From Octopus bimaculoides (Eukaryota), in contig NC_068986.1 in assembly GCF_001194135.2 (NCBI RefSeq), forward strand, positions 59,803,967 to 59,867,966: a DNA stretch of 64,000 nucleotides. The letters are read 5' to 3'. The notes beneath the pieces were generated by a model. The model was not told the origin of the DNA and did not search any database. It saw only the letters and a list, made by a program, of their open reading frames with translations. Both the position numbers and the translations under genes were made by a program. Below are positions 13,261 through 25,910 of this stretch, piece after piece (the stretch's first letter is position 1; each line of letters begins with the position of its first letter).

Positions 13261-14194
13261 TGTAATGGTTCATGGGAATGGTTCCAGATTCAGAAAAAAA
13301 AAGTGGGGCTGAGCTCAACAATAACAACAATAAAAAGATCTGTCATGAACAAACAAAAATGTTAAATACTGCAGATTTGAATGCAAACTTTTCATTTGTT
13401 TGAAACTATTCAGTGTAAGAGCAGGAAAATGATACTTGTTATGTAGTGAATTTTCAAATATAGTTTAAAAATATGTAAATGACAACTAAATAAATTTCAT
13501 TAAAAAAATTATAAATTGAATTATATCAATGTGAGAAGAAAGGAAAACTCAGGCTTCTAAAAACAAGCCAATAATGAAGCTGCTACATGACACAGTCACT
13601 CAACATGCTAGAAACAGTAGCCAACTCTTACTCATGTCACAAACTTTCTTTCTGTCTTAGTGTTACTCTTACTTCAGTGCAGGACCATCTTTTAATCTTT
13701 ATTTGAGGAGCATTGTACCTCACTTGAGGCATTGTAGGACAGAAGTAGAGTAATAAATGAAAAGGGGAAAGAGTAAAGTTTTCTAACAATGCAGAAATTA
13801 AAACTGTAAGCTGAAAATCCAGCTTTCCAAATGGCAGAATCTACCTAGACACACATTTCTTTGTACACTTCTAAAGAAGGGTTTTTGCACCCGAAATATA
13901 TAAAGATTTTTCAACTAGCATTCTACTTTCCTCATTTCCCTTTTCAATTTATTTACTAATTTATTTATTTACTTGCATTGATGCAACCAAAATGTTACTC
14001 TAATTGATGATATATTCTGTCTGGTATTGACAACTTATCACACTTAGCAATGCTCCAAAGGTTCTATTTCCTGCCACAATGCAGTTGGCAATAGGTTGCT
14101 AAATTTGAACTCAAAACACAAGAAGACAGAGCAGATGCTACAAGGAAACTTGTTTATCCAGGCTTGGCTCTTTATCTAACAACACAGAAAAGTA

Positions 14195-14202
14195 TTTTTC
14201 AA

Positions 14203-14240
<38 letters not shown>

Positions 14241-14330
14241 TCACTGCCTGGAATTGAACTCAGAATCTTGGGGTTAGTAGCCTGCGCTCTTAACCACTAT
14301 GCCATATGCATAGAAAAGGATGATCAGAAT
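14195..14330 (-). mobile_element. tRNA-headed SINE, family C, truncated before the hammerhead tail
   Basis: Reverse complement has tagtggttaagagcgcaggctactaacccc...gagttcaattcc followed by (AAT)n. Same family as the 32 kb copies. Confidence 0.8.
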
Positions 14331-14438
14331 TTGTAGTGCAAAGAGAAAGAACAAAAATTGCATAGCATTCTGTCTGATGCTTTAATGACTCCAATACATT
14401 GCCTTCCTCAAATCACTCACTACCATCTTTTAATGGTA

Positions 14439-14675
14439 CGGTAAACCCTCCATATCACTGTTCACCTATCGCAGTTTATTATTTAAGCTTATGTTGATTC
14501 CTCCGTGGTGTTGTTTTGTGTTTATAACAAAATAAATATATACAAATTATAAAAATAATTAAAAAAATATACAGTACAGTATTGTTGCTACTTCATGGAT
14601 TTTCACCTATTGTGNNNNNNNNNNGGGGGGGGGGGCAGTTGGAATGTAACAGCTGCAATAGTTGAGGGATTACTG
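14439..14675. mobile_element. Tigger/pogo-like MITE
   Basis: TA-flanked TIRs cggtaaaccctc / gagggattactg. A related partial copy lies at about 37620-37768. Confidence 0.7.
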
Positions 14676-14679
14676 TATA

Positions 14680-15045
14680 TCTTTTATCTTTTACTTGCTT
14701 CAGTCATTGGACTGCAGCCATACTGGGGCAACACTTTGAAAGGTTTTTGTTGAACAAATCAATTCCAGTATTTTTTTTCTCCTTAAGGCCTGTCACTTAT
14801 TCCATCAGTTGCTTTTGTCAAACTGCTAATTCACAGTGATGTAAACAAACCAACAATACTTGTCAAGCAGTGGTGAAATATAAACAAAAACACAAAGATA
14901 TATACATACATGATGGGCTTCTTTCAGTTTCCATCCATCAGATCCACTCACAGCATGGGGTTGTAGTAGAAGATACTTGCCCAAGTTGCTATGCAGTGGA
15001 ACTGAACCAGAACTATGTGGTTGAGAAGCAAACTGTGTATCACAT
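14680..15045 (-). mobile_element. Family A SINE
   Basis: Reverse complement of the family A head, body and tail. Confidence 0.8.
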
Positions 15046-15166
15046 ATACATTATACAATGTATTCCAAGATATACCTAAATGGGATGGTCAAAGCTGAAA
15101 TACCGCTGATCACAAGTTTGCTCGATTAAGCATGGCTAAAGATAAAACAACAGTCTTTATACAGAA

Positions 15167-15558
15167 CAGGGGTTGTTGAACATTTTTTTAGCATATGAAC
15201 CCTTTTGATTACCATTTTACTCTGGTGGAGTTCCATAGAGATTCAGTGTTTAAAAACAAGTTTCATAGAAACTTCTTTCAAAATTCCTATTTTGTTTTTC
15301 GCCCATTCACTTGTGTAGGTTTGCAATAGAACTCTCTGAGAGAACATGTTTCAGTGGGTGGAAATATGTTGAACTAAGTAAAACACTAGAGAAAGAAACC
15401 TAGTTATTTCTTGCAATAAATGCATCTAAAGTAAAATTTTTTCATGGACCCCCTAAAATACTACTACAGATCCCCAATTTAGTATTTTGCTTGCTCGGAC
15501 CCCCAAAAGTCTTTTATGAGCATCCAGGGGTCATATGGACCCCAGTTGAGAACCACTG
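15167..15558. mobile_element. hAT (Charlie-like) MITE
   Basis: Termini caggggttgttgaac and gttgagaaccactg, with 8-bp flanks atacagaa / atatagag (6/8 identical, a decayed TSD). Confidence 0.7.
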
Positions 15559-16565
15559 ATATAGAGAAAAATATGCTTCGCGACAAATGTTACTTTAAAG
15601 AGCCTCTAAGCAAGTAGTTAATCTATTTGACTTTATGTTGCACAGGAAACCAAACAAAAAAATTGCTGGTGCACTTTAAACGAAAAATTATAAAAATTAA
15701 CTGTTCTAATGAACACATTCAGAAAATCTATGATACTATAGATTAGTTTATTAACCATTTAGCATTTAAACTGGCCATATCTGGCCCAAATATTCTACAT
15801 GTTTTATGTTCAAACTGACCACATCCAGTCTCCTCTCACACCTATTCAACAATGTCCTCTAAATATAATCACATCATCAAAATCTCAAAACAAGATAATA
15901 CCTGATTAATTCAAAACGATGGGAATGAATAGGCATTACATTTGACAGAGTGATCTAAATGCCAAAAAGTTAATTATACTTGTGTATAACAAAATTATGA
16001 ATAACATGTATTTCAAGATGTTCACAAACATTTAATATGGATTTTCTTAAACCTTAATCTGTGGTATACTTAGATACTCCTTGTGGTATACCAGTGTGCC
16101 ATTGTGTACCATCTTAGAATCCCTGCTCTAGACAGTGTTACTTTAAGAATTCAGGTAATATCTGTTGTGTTCATATATTAGGGGTTTGTGTGTGTGTTGG
16201 CTTTATTTCACTGGATTCATCTTTCTTAACAAGGTAATTTGGCCATCTACTGTTGGCATATTCAATAAAATCTGTGATCCAAGTAATAACTATCATGTGA
16301 TCATTGCCACTTTAACACAGTCAATTCATTTTTCTGAAGAATAGTTGAACTAGTCTCAATAGGTGATGCACATCAAGAATGGTTGTTGGGTGAACATTGT
16401 TGAATGATATGAGTAGAAAGAGCCTGTGAAATAGGAAAACTGAAGAGTGGATAGGGATGATCTCTTGATAATAAGCTTCACAAAAGTGAGGATGAAGGAC
16501 TTTGAAAAGTGGAGAGAAGCTATGTTGAAACTGACCCATTCAACCCATGCTTGTATGCAAAAATA

Positions 16566-17850
16566 TCAGGTCATCCCATAAGTTCTGTCCGAATTTTGAA
16601 TAAAGAAAACAAGTAATCAAATGTTATATTTAATTGAAATTTAATCATCAATGTACTTTCCCTGATTATCTATGACTTCCTTCCATCTATTTGCAAGCTT
16701 TTTAATCCCATTGATGTAAAACTCTTTTGGTTTCAAAGCAAAGAACTCTGAAATGTCAGTTTCGACCTCCTCCTGGCTTGTGAAAGTTATGTCCCCCAAA
16801 TGATTCTGTTAACTATGAAACAGATGGTAGACTGAAGGAGCAAGGTCGGGAGAATAAGGTGGATGAGGAATTTTTTCCCAACCAAGCTCTTCGATCTTCT
16901 GTGATGTGATCTTTGCAGTGTGGGATCATGCATTGTCCTAATGAAACATCACTCCTTTTCGATTCACTAAAGCAGGTCTTTCTTTTTTTCAAAGCTTGGT
17001 TCAAATGCTCTAATTGCTGACAGTAGACTTGAACATTGATTGTTGCATTAGGTGGTAACAATTCAAAGTGAATTACTCGTTTGCAATCCCACCAGATAGA
17101 GAGAAGAACCTTTTTTCCATGAAGTTCCCTTCTCGGTTGTGGTTGAGCTTTTTCCCTTTTACCAAACTACTGTTTACGATGTTTAACATTTTGATAGAAG
17201 ATCCATTTTTTGTCACCAGTCACAAGTCTATCCAAAAAGGGTGAAATGAGTTCACGAGAATGGAAAGAAGAGCAGATGTCAACTCGGGATTTGCGGTTGC
17301 TTTCGGACAATTCACAAGGCACCCATTTTTCAAGTTTAGGAACCTTTCCAAGTTGTTGAAGATGACGATGAACAGTTGTATGGTTTGAACTTAGCTTTAT
17401 TGCCAATTCTTCAACTGATATTGCAGGATTTTCTTCAAGTAATGCCTCAAGGAGCTTATCATCAAACTCAACTGGACGTCCTGTTCGACCTTCATTTTCA
17501 AGGCTGAAATCTCCACTTCTGAATTTTGCAAACCATCTTCTGCAAGTTCTTTCACTCAAGCATTCTTTCCCATAAACTGAGTGTATGTTTCGAGTCACTT
17601 CAGCTGCAGTTTCCTTTTTTTGTACTCATAAAGCATTATGTGCCTCAGATGCTCTTTGGATACTTCCATGTTAGAAAGGGTTTTAATCAAAGAAATTTTA
17701 ATTCTATTATTCTGTAAAATAATATTTAATTAGTTTAAATGTATACAAATGCATAAAAATAATTTTTAATTCCATTAGACATTATAAAATACTATTAAAT
17801 TTCATTCAATTTTAAAAAAGATAAAATTGGACAGAACTTATAATACATTT
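16566..17850 (-). mobile_element. Near full-length mariner element (about 1.3 kb)
   Basis: Left TIR tcaggtcatcccataagttctgtccgaattt and a partially matching right TIR aaattggacagaacttat enclose a transposase remnant. Confidence 0.9.
16641..17669 (-). pseudogene. Mariner DD34D transposase pseudogene
   Basis: Starts MEVSKEHLRHIMLYE. It shows the HTH region, WVPCEL (WVPHEL motif), VTGDKKW and PHPPYSPDLAPSVYHLF, with frameshifts and stops. Confidence 0.9.
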
Positions 17851-18589
17851 AATCAAGGTAATTATATGCCTGTATGCATGGAAATGAAATCTAATTTGGA
17901 TAACATTATGGGTTCCTTCAGTAACAGATTTCACTTGCTTTGTTATACCTAGCTACAAATTAATTCACAAATTATTGCACATAGCAAAAAAAATGGGTTC
18001 AGAAACTGTGGAGTTCTGTGATCACCTATATATGCAAGTAATGAACTAAAAGAACAAGTACTCAACACCAGATGGGGAAATAAATGATTCCATTTAATAG
18101 TTACATTCCATTTAATAGTCCAGTACTATTGGTTTTTGGTAGAAAACCCCATTCATCTAGAGTTTGAAGTAGGAATGACATTTTACTGCTGATGTGAAGA
18201 GAGTGTCATGAAATTTGACACTTATCAAGTTTAGCTGTGTAGTGTCCTTTGTACTTCAAACTGTAGTTGAAAGATGCATTGTTTTCTACAAAAAAACAAA
18301 TGGCACTGGAGAAGTAAAATAACATTAAAAACAATGTATATAAATACATATATTACAGAGATGTACTTGCATAGCAAGTGAGTTGATCTGAGATTGTGCA
18401 CTGAAATGAAAACAATTGCAGCATGGAAGGTGTTTATAAGCCATTTAACAACACAAAAAAAAAACTGTTATATTTACTTCAACATTTAAATTTAATTTCT
18501 ATCAAAATATTTTTGTCACTTTGAAAACGCGACCTGTTCACTGACAAAACTTTGTGCTACATCTTTATATATAGATATATTGTAATCCC

Positions 18590-18775
18590 TCGACTATCAT
18601 GGGTGTGACATTCCATAGTTCCCAGAGAGAGTCAGCATGACACGGAATGTGAGAAAGCTGGTCTACTCAGGTGCTACTCATTTTTGACAACTGAGTGAAC
18701 TGTATAATGTGAAATAAAGTATCTTGCTAGAGGACACAATGTACTGCCAGGTGTTGAACTCATAACCTTACATAT
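18590..18775 (-). mobile_element. tRNA-derived SINE with conserved central core, family D
   Basis: gagttcaacacc B-box-like sequence, then ttgtgtcctctagcaagatactttatttcac...cactcagttg core. Homologous to the 25.6-25.9 kb copy. Confidence 0.65.
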
Positions 18776-19180
18776 ATGCATACATATACATTTATATATC
18801 CATGCACACACACACACACACATGTATATATCAGACAGAAATGGAAAAAAGTGACTCTGCTTGTTACCCTCACTATCAAAAATACAGTAAATCATATGAT
18901 TTACTCAATGAAAACCTGTAACCACCAACATTATTGTTTACAAACTGTGATATTGAATATAAATAAGAATAAAAACAAATTTAGACATGTACAATAAAGT
19001 GTAAGAAGTCAGCTCTAATAATTTTTGTTACTGTCAACACATTTGTATAAAAGCTCCATTTGTAAATCAGATCCAAACAAGTTTGAAAGAAAACACCAAA
19101 CACAAAGAAAAGTTACTTTAATTCATGTCTAACTGTCCTATGTATATCTCATCGTCTTGTATATTGCTGTATACATTTAC

Positions 19181-19240
19181 TGTTGTTCATAGAAATGTCT
19201 AAGTCACCCTTCTCAAGCACAAGACCCATAATGCCAATAT
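19181..19240 (-). CDS. Candidate exon, phase 1-1: (D)IGIMGLVLEKGDLDISMNN(x)
   Basis: Acceptor attgtattgtctcccttag and donor gtaaat. One open frame over 60 nt, phase-compatible with 11248-11371. Confidence 0.4.
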
Positions 19241-19440
19241 CTAAGGGAGACAATACAATCATGTTTTTTTTTAATGATCATCAAATAAATAAAATTGCTA
19301 AATAAAATAAAAGTTATAAAAATGATTGCATTTGCTTTTTCTTTTACCATATGATGAGTATTCCCCTTATTGACAAGAAGAAAATTCAAATTAAAATGTT
19401 TAAATTCAATTACAAAACTATCTCTATATATATATGTGTT

Positions 19441-19535
19441 TCTTTCCTTTCCTGAGCGTCCAATAACACTGTACTTATTCCACGTCCTCGCATTGTTTTT
19501 TTTGTGTTTTTTCTTGTTTGTTCATGTTTAAATTG

Positions 19536-19572
<37 letters not shown>

Positions 19573-20255
19573 TTGCTAATTTCTGTGATTCAGTCAAATC
19601 AGCCCTGTTGAATACTACCAGTCAATTGACCTTGCCTCATTCCTCTCACTCCCTTATGTGTTTTTTTTATTTCTTCCTTCTTTTAATCCTTATTCTATCT
19701 ACATTTATATTCTCCACTCCAACTGGGCTCTCTGCACATTCTGATTGAATCTTCCATGTGTAAACATGTACCTCCTTGCGACAATGTAAACTTATATTTA
19801 ATCAAGATATCCTTGGCCTGAAGAGTAGCCTACGCTATACGCCTTACTTGGATATTTACCACTTCCGAGGTTCTGCTCGCTATGAAACATATGTAGCCCA
19901 GATATTATCTACTCAATTCCTTAACTGTTATATTCTTATTCACATACATGGCAACCCTGGTCACCTACTGTGAAATATAAAAAGGACTTTTTTCAGTTTA
20001 TCATACTTAGATATGAAAAGAAATCCACAACCTTCCATCTCAATAAACCACAATTGTCCCTGAAAGTTGTATTTTATGTTAACTATGGATTGCTTGAAGG
20101 TAACTTTCTTCCTACACTTCGATCCCTGGATCTTACATTTATGTATGTGTATATATATAGTAAATCCAAAAGAGAAGAACAAACACAAAACAAACAACAA
20201 TGCGAGGACATGGTACATGTAAAGTATTAGCAGACGCTCAGGGAAGGAAAGGAAG
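19441..20255. mobile_element. Probable Penelope-related non-autonomous element with inverted terminal blocks and an internal hammerhead
   Basis: 19441-19520 and 20170-20255 are inverted copies (cctgagcgtc...gtcctcgcattgtt). Hammerhead motif at 19812-19901. Confidence 0.55.
19812..19901 (+). ncRNA. Type I hammerhead ribozyme motif, intact core
   Basis: Stem I CTTGGC/GCCCAG (one mismatch), CTGAAGA, stem II GTAGC/GCTAT, then GAAAC-ATAT-GTA. Confidence 0.7.
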
Positions 20256-20905
20256 ATGTGGTTACATGTCCTTCTGTAGCACTTACATAGCCTTACTTGC
20301 TTTTAGGTCTTCTGGATTCCAACACCTCTCTCATATATATATATATATATATATGAAGCAAATTTAGTAGATGAATTTAAAAGAGAAATTCAATAACAAC
20401 AACAAAATTGAAAAAAAAACCTATTATTTTTGGCAGTGCTGATACACTAGAATATCCAAAATATGTGAAATGTGATTGTATGTCAAAATAGTTTGATAGA
20501 GAAGCTGAAATAGTTATGATGTAAGGCTTAGTGTCTTGATGCTGTTCGGTGAATGATAATGTAAAGCCTAGAGGCTAAGCATGGCCAATTTTAATGAAGA
20601 GTATTGGAAAGCAAATGATATTTCATCAATGAAAGTGGATTGCTATAGCAATGTGACTGGTTTGTCATTGAACCTTTCAAATATGCTTTTGGAGAGAGAG
20701 AGAGATAGAGAGGAGAGCATGTGTTTACTGAAGTTTAATATTTCATAGGCTTCATATACATTGGGGCTTTACCTTCAATGTTTTTGTTTGGTTGTCAAAT
20801 TCATTGTCAGGCATGTACAATAGCATATACGAAAATACATAGTGATAAGTTAAAGGTAACGGGAAATACAGTATTTGGCTGCAAACATAAACTCCCATCT
20901 AAACC

Positions 20906-20942
<37 letters not shown>

Positions 20943-20959
20943 GACAGACAGACAGACAT

Positions 20960-20996
<37 letters not shown>

Positions 20997-21873
20997 TAGA
21001 CAGAGATGAAGAGGATACATATCCTTTTACTGATTTGATCTTAGTCATTGACTGTGGGCATGCTGGGCCACTATTTTCCTGAGTATAGATGATTGTATCA
21101 ACACCAATATTATTTTCATTGACTGCTGCTTATCTTATTGATAAGATCAAAAAGATCAAAAGCAAAATACACCATCAAGATTTGAACACAAAATATAGTA
21201 ACACAAACTAAATACCACAAGATATTATTTTGTGTGATTCTCTACTATCCATATTCCAAAGCAGCCCCCACCAACCATATTTTGATATTCTCATGTATAT
21301 AGCTTTAAATTTCTATAGGTTTCAAGAAAACAGTCTTTTATTTCATATAATGAATGAATGAATGAGTACATGTGGGGTGGAGAGAGAGAAACTGTGTTTT
21401 AAGAGGATCCTTAGGTTATAACAGTAAACATTTTGTTTGAAAATATTGAAGTAAATAAAATAAATTCTGACTTTGGCTGTTTTCCATTATTTTGAATATG
21501 GAATAGACTAGATTGCCTTGACATATCTAACAAACAATAAACAAATAATTAATAAAAAAAATAAAATGTAGTCATGACTATGCGCGTGTTAGTTATTTCT
21601 TAATGCTAATAAAAATTGAAAAACATCCATAGCTGAGTTAAGTCAAGCTCTGATAAGGTTTTATATTACCAGTTTTCTTTTTTTTTATGTATCTTTTATT
21701 GTTTAATTTATATATTTACTACTAATATTTTTATTACTACTAATATTCTCATATGATTTATAAATACATTTGCCTTCTGTCTTTGATTTATAGTAGGATT
21801 CTACTACATCTAAAATATAGAACGACCAAGATAAGCTGATCAGATAATATCCATCGTCATACACACACACACA

Positions 21874-21909
<36 letters not shown>

Positions 21910-21929
21910 CTCTCTCTCACATGCACACA

Positions 21930-21970
<41 letters not shown>

Positions 21971-22274
21971 ACACACACACACTCTCTCTCTTTCTCTCTT
22001 TCCATTATCATCATTACTATATGTCTGCTTATTTTTTCATGCTGGCATGAGTTTGATGATTTATCACAGTTGACATACTCTAACACCTACTATAACAATA
22101 GAAAAACTAGTTAACTTTGGTATTGTACATGTCTTTGCCTAAGACTCTTGGGTGTATTCTATAATATCAGGACTAAAAGAATTGTCTGAGACTACCATTC
22201 ACCCTGTATCAGCTATTATTCAGAATTACTACATACTAAGCAAGTAGCCTGCAGAACATCTTGCATATACATAC

Positions 22275-22328
22275 CATTTTTGGCGTGATTTCTACCACTG
22301 CCACATGCTAAGTCCTTTTCTTGTCAGT
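22275..22328 (-). other. Candidate exon, closed in all three frames (possibly 5' UTR)
   Basis: Acceptor gtttttctgacag and donor AATG|gtatgt. It is open only from a weaker internal AAG acceptor (KDLACGSGRNHAKN). Confidence 0.25.
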
Positions 22329-23151
22329 CTGTCAGAAAAACCACTGCATTTATTATGCACCTACAGTTTACAATGGGTATACTACATGGTCAAAGAGTCA
22401 TGTCTTCTTTCTTCATATGACTCACATAAACAAAAACCCAATAGATTAGAAGTTGTCATGTGGAAGACATAGAATAAAATACCTTAGATGGAAAGAAGTA
22501 AGGGTGGGTGTCAGGAAGGGAATCTGGTCATAAACTATAGCTTTGAGATATTTTATCCAATCCATGCCACCATGAAAAAAGCAATAATGATCAAAAGATT
22601 TTTCAATTGACAAAGCTACAATGAATATGTACAGAATGATAGGTAAGGATATATATATATAGGAAAATGAAAAATAATAATAAGGCAGAATGCTAAACTG
22701 GAAGCATATTTTAATAAAGATTTCTAACCGGCTTTCATTGCATGGCAAATTTTCAAGAAGAGGGAGAATGAAAATGTTTTTTACAAAAAAGTAAAAAATG
22801 AAAAAAATAATATATAAAAAAAATTTAGATATAAAAAAATAAATATACCAATACATTATATTGTCTTTGAGCTTTTAAAGTTCAATGGTAATTCATGTAG
22901 ATAATGGTTGGAAAAATAAGGATGCATGAAAATTGAGAGTTGTGTTAGGTTTAAAAAAAGAGAAAAGGGTTTAAAAGTTTGTGTTAAGCAGGAAGTGTGG
23001 TGTCAAAACAGGAAGTGTGTGTAAGGGGAGACAAATCTTTTTAGTTGGAGTTATGAACTCTTTGTCAACAGGAAGTTTATGTCTGTTCCTAGAGAAATAA
23101 GGTCACTGAGGGGTTTGTGTGTTAAGAAATGGTTGGAATTTCTCTATGAAT

Positions 23152-23211
23152 ATCATACTGATGAGGAAATGAAAAGTTTTCACTTTTCTAAGCCAGAAAC
23201 GTGTCTATGAT
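23152..23211 (+). ncRNA. Type I hammerhead ribozyme motif, stem II degraded
   Basis: Perfect 6-bp stem I ATCATA/TATGAT, CTGATGA core and GAAAC-GT-GTC. The 5' arm of stem II appears partly deleted. Confidence 0.6.
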
Positions 23212-23484
23212 TAACTAAGACTGGTTAGTTTCGTTGTTTTATCTTCTTGTTTTGCCTTTGTGAGTTACAAGTATTGCTATCCTTTATGTTTATAAATGTA
23301 TAAGAACTTTTAAATAAGTTCTTCACCGATAATGGTGTTTACATACCGAAGGGCTTGGTAAAAATTATTAATTATTAATTTATTAATAAATTAATAATCC
23401 GTTACCCTTTTATTTGTTATATGATTTATATATATTTATGTACATACATACCTATATAATTTATAATTATGTATATATTCTTTT

Positions 23485-23684
23485 ATTGTTTTTACTTATT
23501 TTAGTCATTTGACTGCAGCCTTGTTGCTGCACCGCCTTTAGACAAAGAAACTGACCCCAGGATTTAGTCTTTGCAAGCCTAGTACTTATATTCTATTGGT
23601 TTCTTTTTGACGAGCTGCTAAGTGATGGGGATGTAAACACACCAACATCGGTTGTCAAGTGACGGTGGAGGGACAAACACAGAC

Positions 23685-23716
<32 letters not shown>

Positions 23717-24325
23717 CAAACAATAAGCAACAAGGATTTCAAAAGTGATTGCAGTACGCACGTTTCATGCTACTTCAATTTATTTAAGTAATGTGAGCAT
23801 TACCTTAAATGCAATATGAAGAGCAATCTTCAGCTGCACGAAAAAATGCAGAAAAAAGACATATTACAAATGTGGCAACATATTAAAACCAAGTGGGATT
23901 TTATGTATGCTCTCTCCCACTTGGTTNNNNNNNNNNNNNNNNNNNNNNNNNNNNNNNNNNNNNNNNNNNNNNNNNNNNNNNNNNNNNNNNNNNNNNNNNN
24001 NNNNNNNNNNNNNNNNNNNNNNNNNNNNNNNNNNNNNNNNNNNNNNNNNNNNNNNNNNNNNNNNNNNNNNNNNNNNNNNNNNNNNNNNNNNNNNNNNNNN
24101 NNNNNNNNNNNNNNNNNNNNNNNNNNNNNNNNNNNNNNNNNNNNNNNNNNNNNNNNNNNNNNNNNNNNNNNNNNNNNNNNNNNNNNNATAAATATATATA
24201 TGATGTGCTTCTTTCAGTTTCTGTCAACCAAATCCACTCACAAGGTTGGCCCGAGGTGCCACACAATGGGACTGAACTTGGAACCATGTGGTTGGGAAGC
24301 AAGCTTCTTACCACACAGCCACTCC
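23485..24325 (-). mobile_element. Family A SINE interrupted at its (TA)n tract by a hammerhead-bearing insert and an N gap
   Basis: Head at 24205-24325 and tail at 23485-23690 are in the same orientation, with the insert at about 23717-23926. Confidence 0.7.
23750..23838 (-). ncRNA. Type I hammerhead ribozyme motif, intact core, long stem II
   Basis: Minus strand reads TGCAG-CTGAAGA-[long hairpin capped by GTAATG/CATTAC]-GAAAC-GTGC-GTA-CTGCA. Stem I is 5 bp and perfect. Confidence 0.75.
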
Positions 24326-24524
24326 ACTATATATATGTGTGTTACAGACATATGTACCAGTAATACATAAAAGAGTAAAAGAACAGTTCCTTGAAATATT
24401 CGTTTATTTCAAGCACTGCTGCAAACAGTGGAAGTGAGCTAGAACGTTAAAACTTCGTGCACATGCACAACAGAATCCAAGGTCAATCTTTGCCAAGCAG
24501 CGTCACTCTGCATGCTTTAGCTTC

Positions 24525-24538
24525 GTTACTATGGCAAC
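24525..24538. promoter_or_regulatory. RFX X-box motif GTTACTATGGCAAC
   Basis: Matches the palindromic RFX consensus GTTNCYATGGNAAC in non-repetitive sequence. Confidence 0.55.
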
Positions 24539-25594
24539 AGTCCAGATACTTATTGATCAGATCACATATATGTGTATGCGTACTATCCCACCAATTTTTA
24601 TTAGTGTATTAAATACTAATATAATCATAATATTATTGCAGTCTACACTCTCTGAAAGGTATTTGTCAAAATCTTCATTTAAAAATACTTACTTTTCCAA
24701 AAGTTATGAGAAAACAGAGCCAAGCGTTGTGAATTTTGTAAATACAAAAAAATGTATTCACCCACCACTGAATACATTTTTTTCCTAATGAACTCAGATA
24801 TAACCAAAATTTATGTCACCTGAAGCATATTTGTAGAAAATTTGATTGAAAAATATCCATTTTTGTGGAAGTTACAATGAAACAAACTCAGTGGGACACA
24901 TTTGTATATGTATATCGCCGTTGCTTTATGTATGTATGCGGCTACATTGTCAGAAACAAAATCAGTGTGGAAATTTTGTGTATATATGCCCATTGCTTTA
25001 ACATAAGTAATACTAACATTACATTGCTATTATATATCTAAATATTAGCTCGTGTCATTTGACTCTCATTATTTACGTAACAATATTTAATTATATAGCT
25101 GTATGTTTACTACTTACATTCAGTTTGCATAAAAAGAGTGTCAATAATGTGACTGTGACAGGCTCAATTTTCAACAATACATAAACATAAATAGGATAAC
25201 TGTATTTATGATGTTATTGTGTTTCCTAATGAATATTGTGTTTAAAATGCATCAGAGTGTGTGTATATATATGTGTGTGTGCTTATATTAAGATTTATTG
25301 GCATTGTTGAGGCAGTAATTTTTCATGGCTTTATAAATGCACATTCTTTTAGCATAATTGCATTTCATCTTATAGCTCTACTTCACGTTTTCCATTATCA
25401 ATATTAGAGGTTCATTCATGTTCAAGTCTTGCCAGCATTCTTCCTACATGCATGCCATTTGTATACTTACACATATTAATTATAGGAATATATGATACGA
25501 TGATATCAAACCAATGTAAAACAAGCTATCTTAAAGATAGCATGTTCACACTAGTATGTGTGTGTGTGTGTGTGTGTGTGCATGCATATATCAT

Positions 25595-25890
25595 ATGATC
25601 ATGTGATCAACCAGACTATTGGATGTTGTTATACATCACTAGTCACAATGTACTTTGCATCATTTTAGTTTTCAAATGATGCCACCCTGCTGGCTGGGCA
25701 AGCAGGCCAACATCCTCTCTTATTGGGAGGCTTGTCCATTGCAGGGTGACCCATTTATAGCTGAGTTGAGGGGAACAATGTGGAATAAAGTGCCTGGCTA
25801 AAGAACACAATGAACAATCCAGTCTTGGAATCAAACCCACAACTGGCTATTGTGAATGCAATACCTTAACCACTGGGCCATGCACCTTCA
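25595..25890 (-). mobile_element. Family D tRNA-derived SINE
   Basis: A-box tggcccagtggt, B-box gggtttgattcc, and core gcactttattccacattgt...actcagctataaatgggt. Confidence 0.75.
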
Positions 25891-25910
25891 CTATATAGAT
25901 ATATACATGT

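Noticed and set aside
22721-22760. Hammerhead-like variant ttct-tgaaaa-tttgc..gcaat-gaaa-gccggtt-agaa (-)
   Set aside because: The left core deviates at several essential positions and the register is ambiguous, so it is kept only as a supporting trace.
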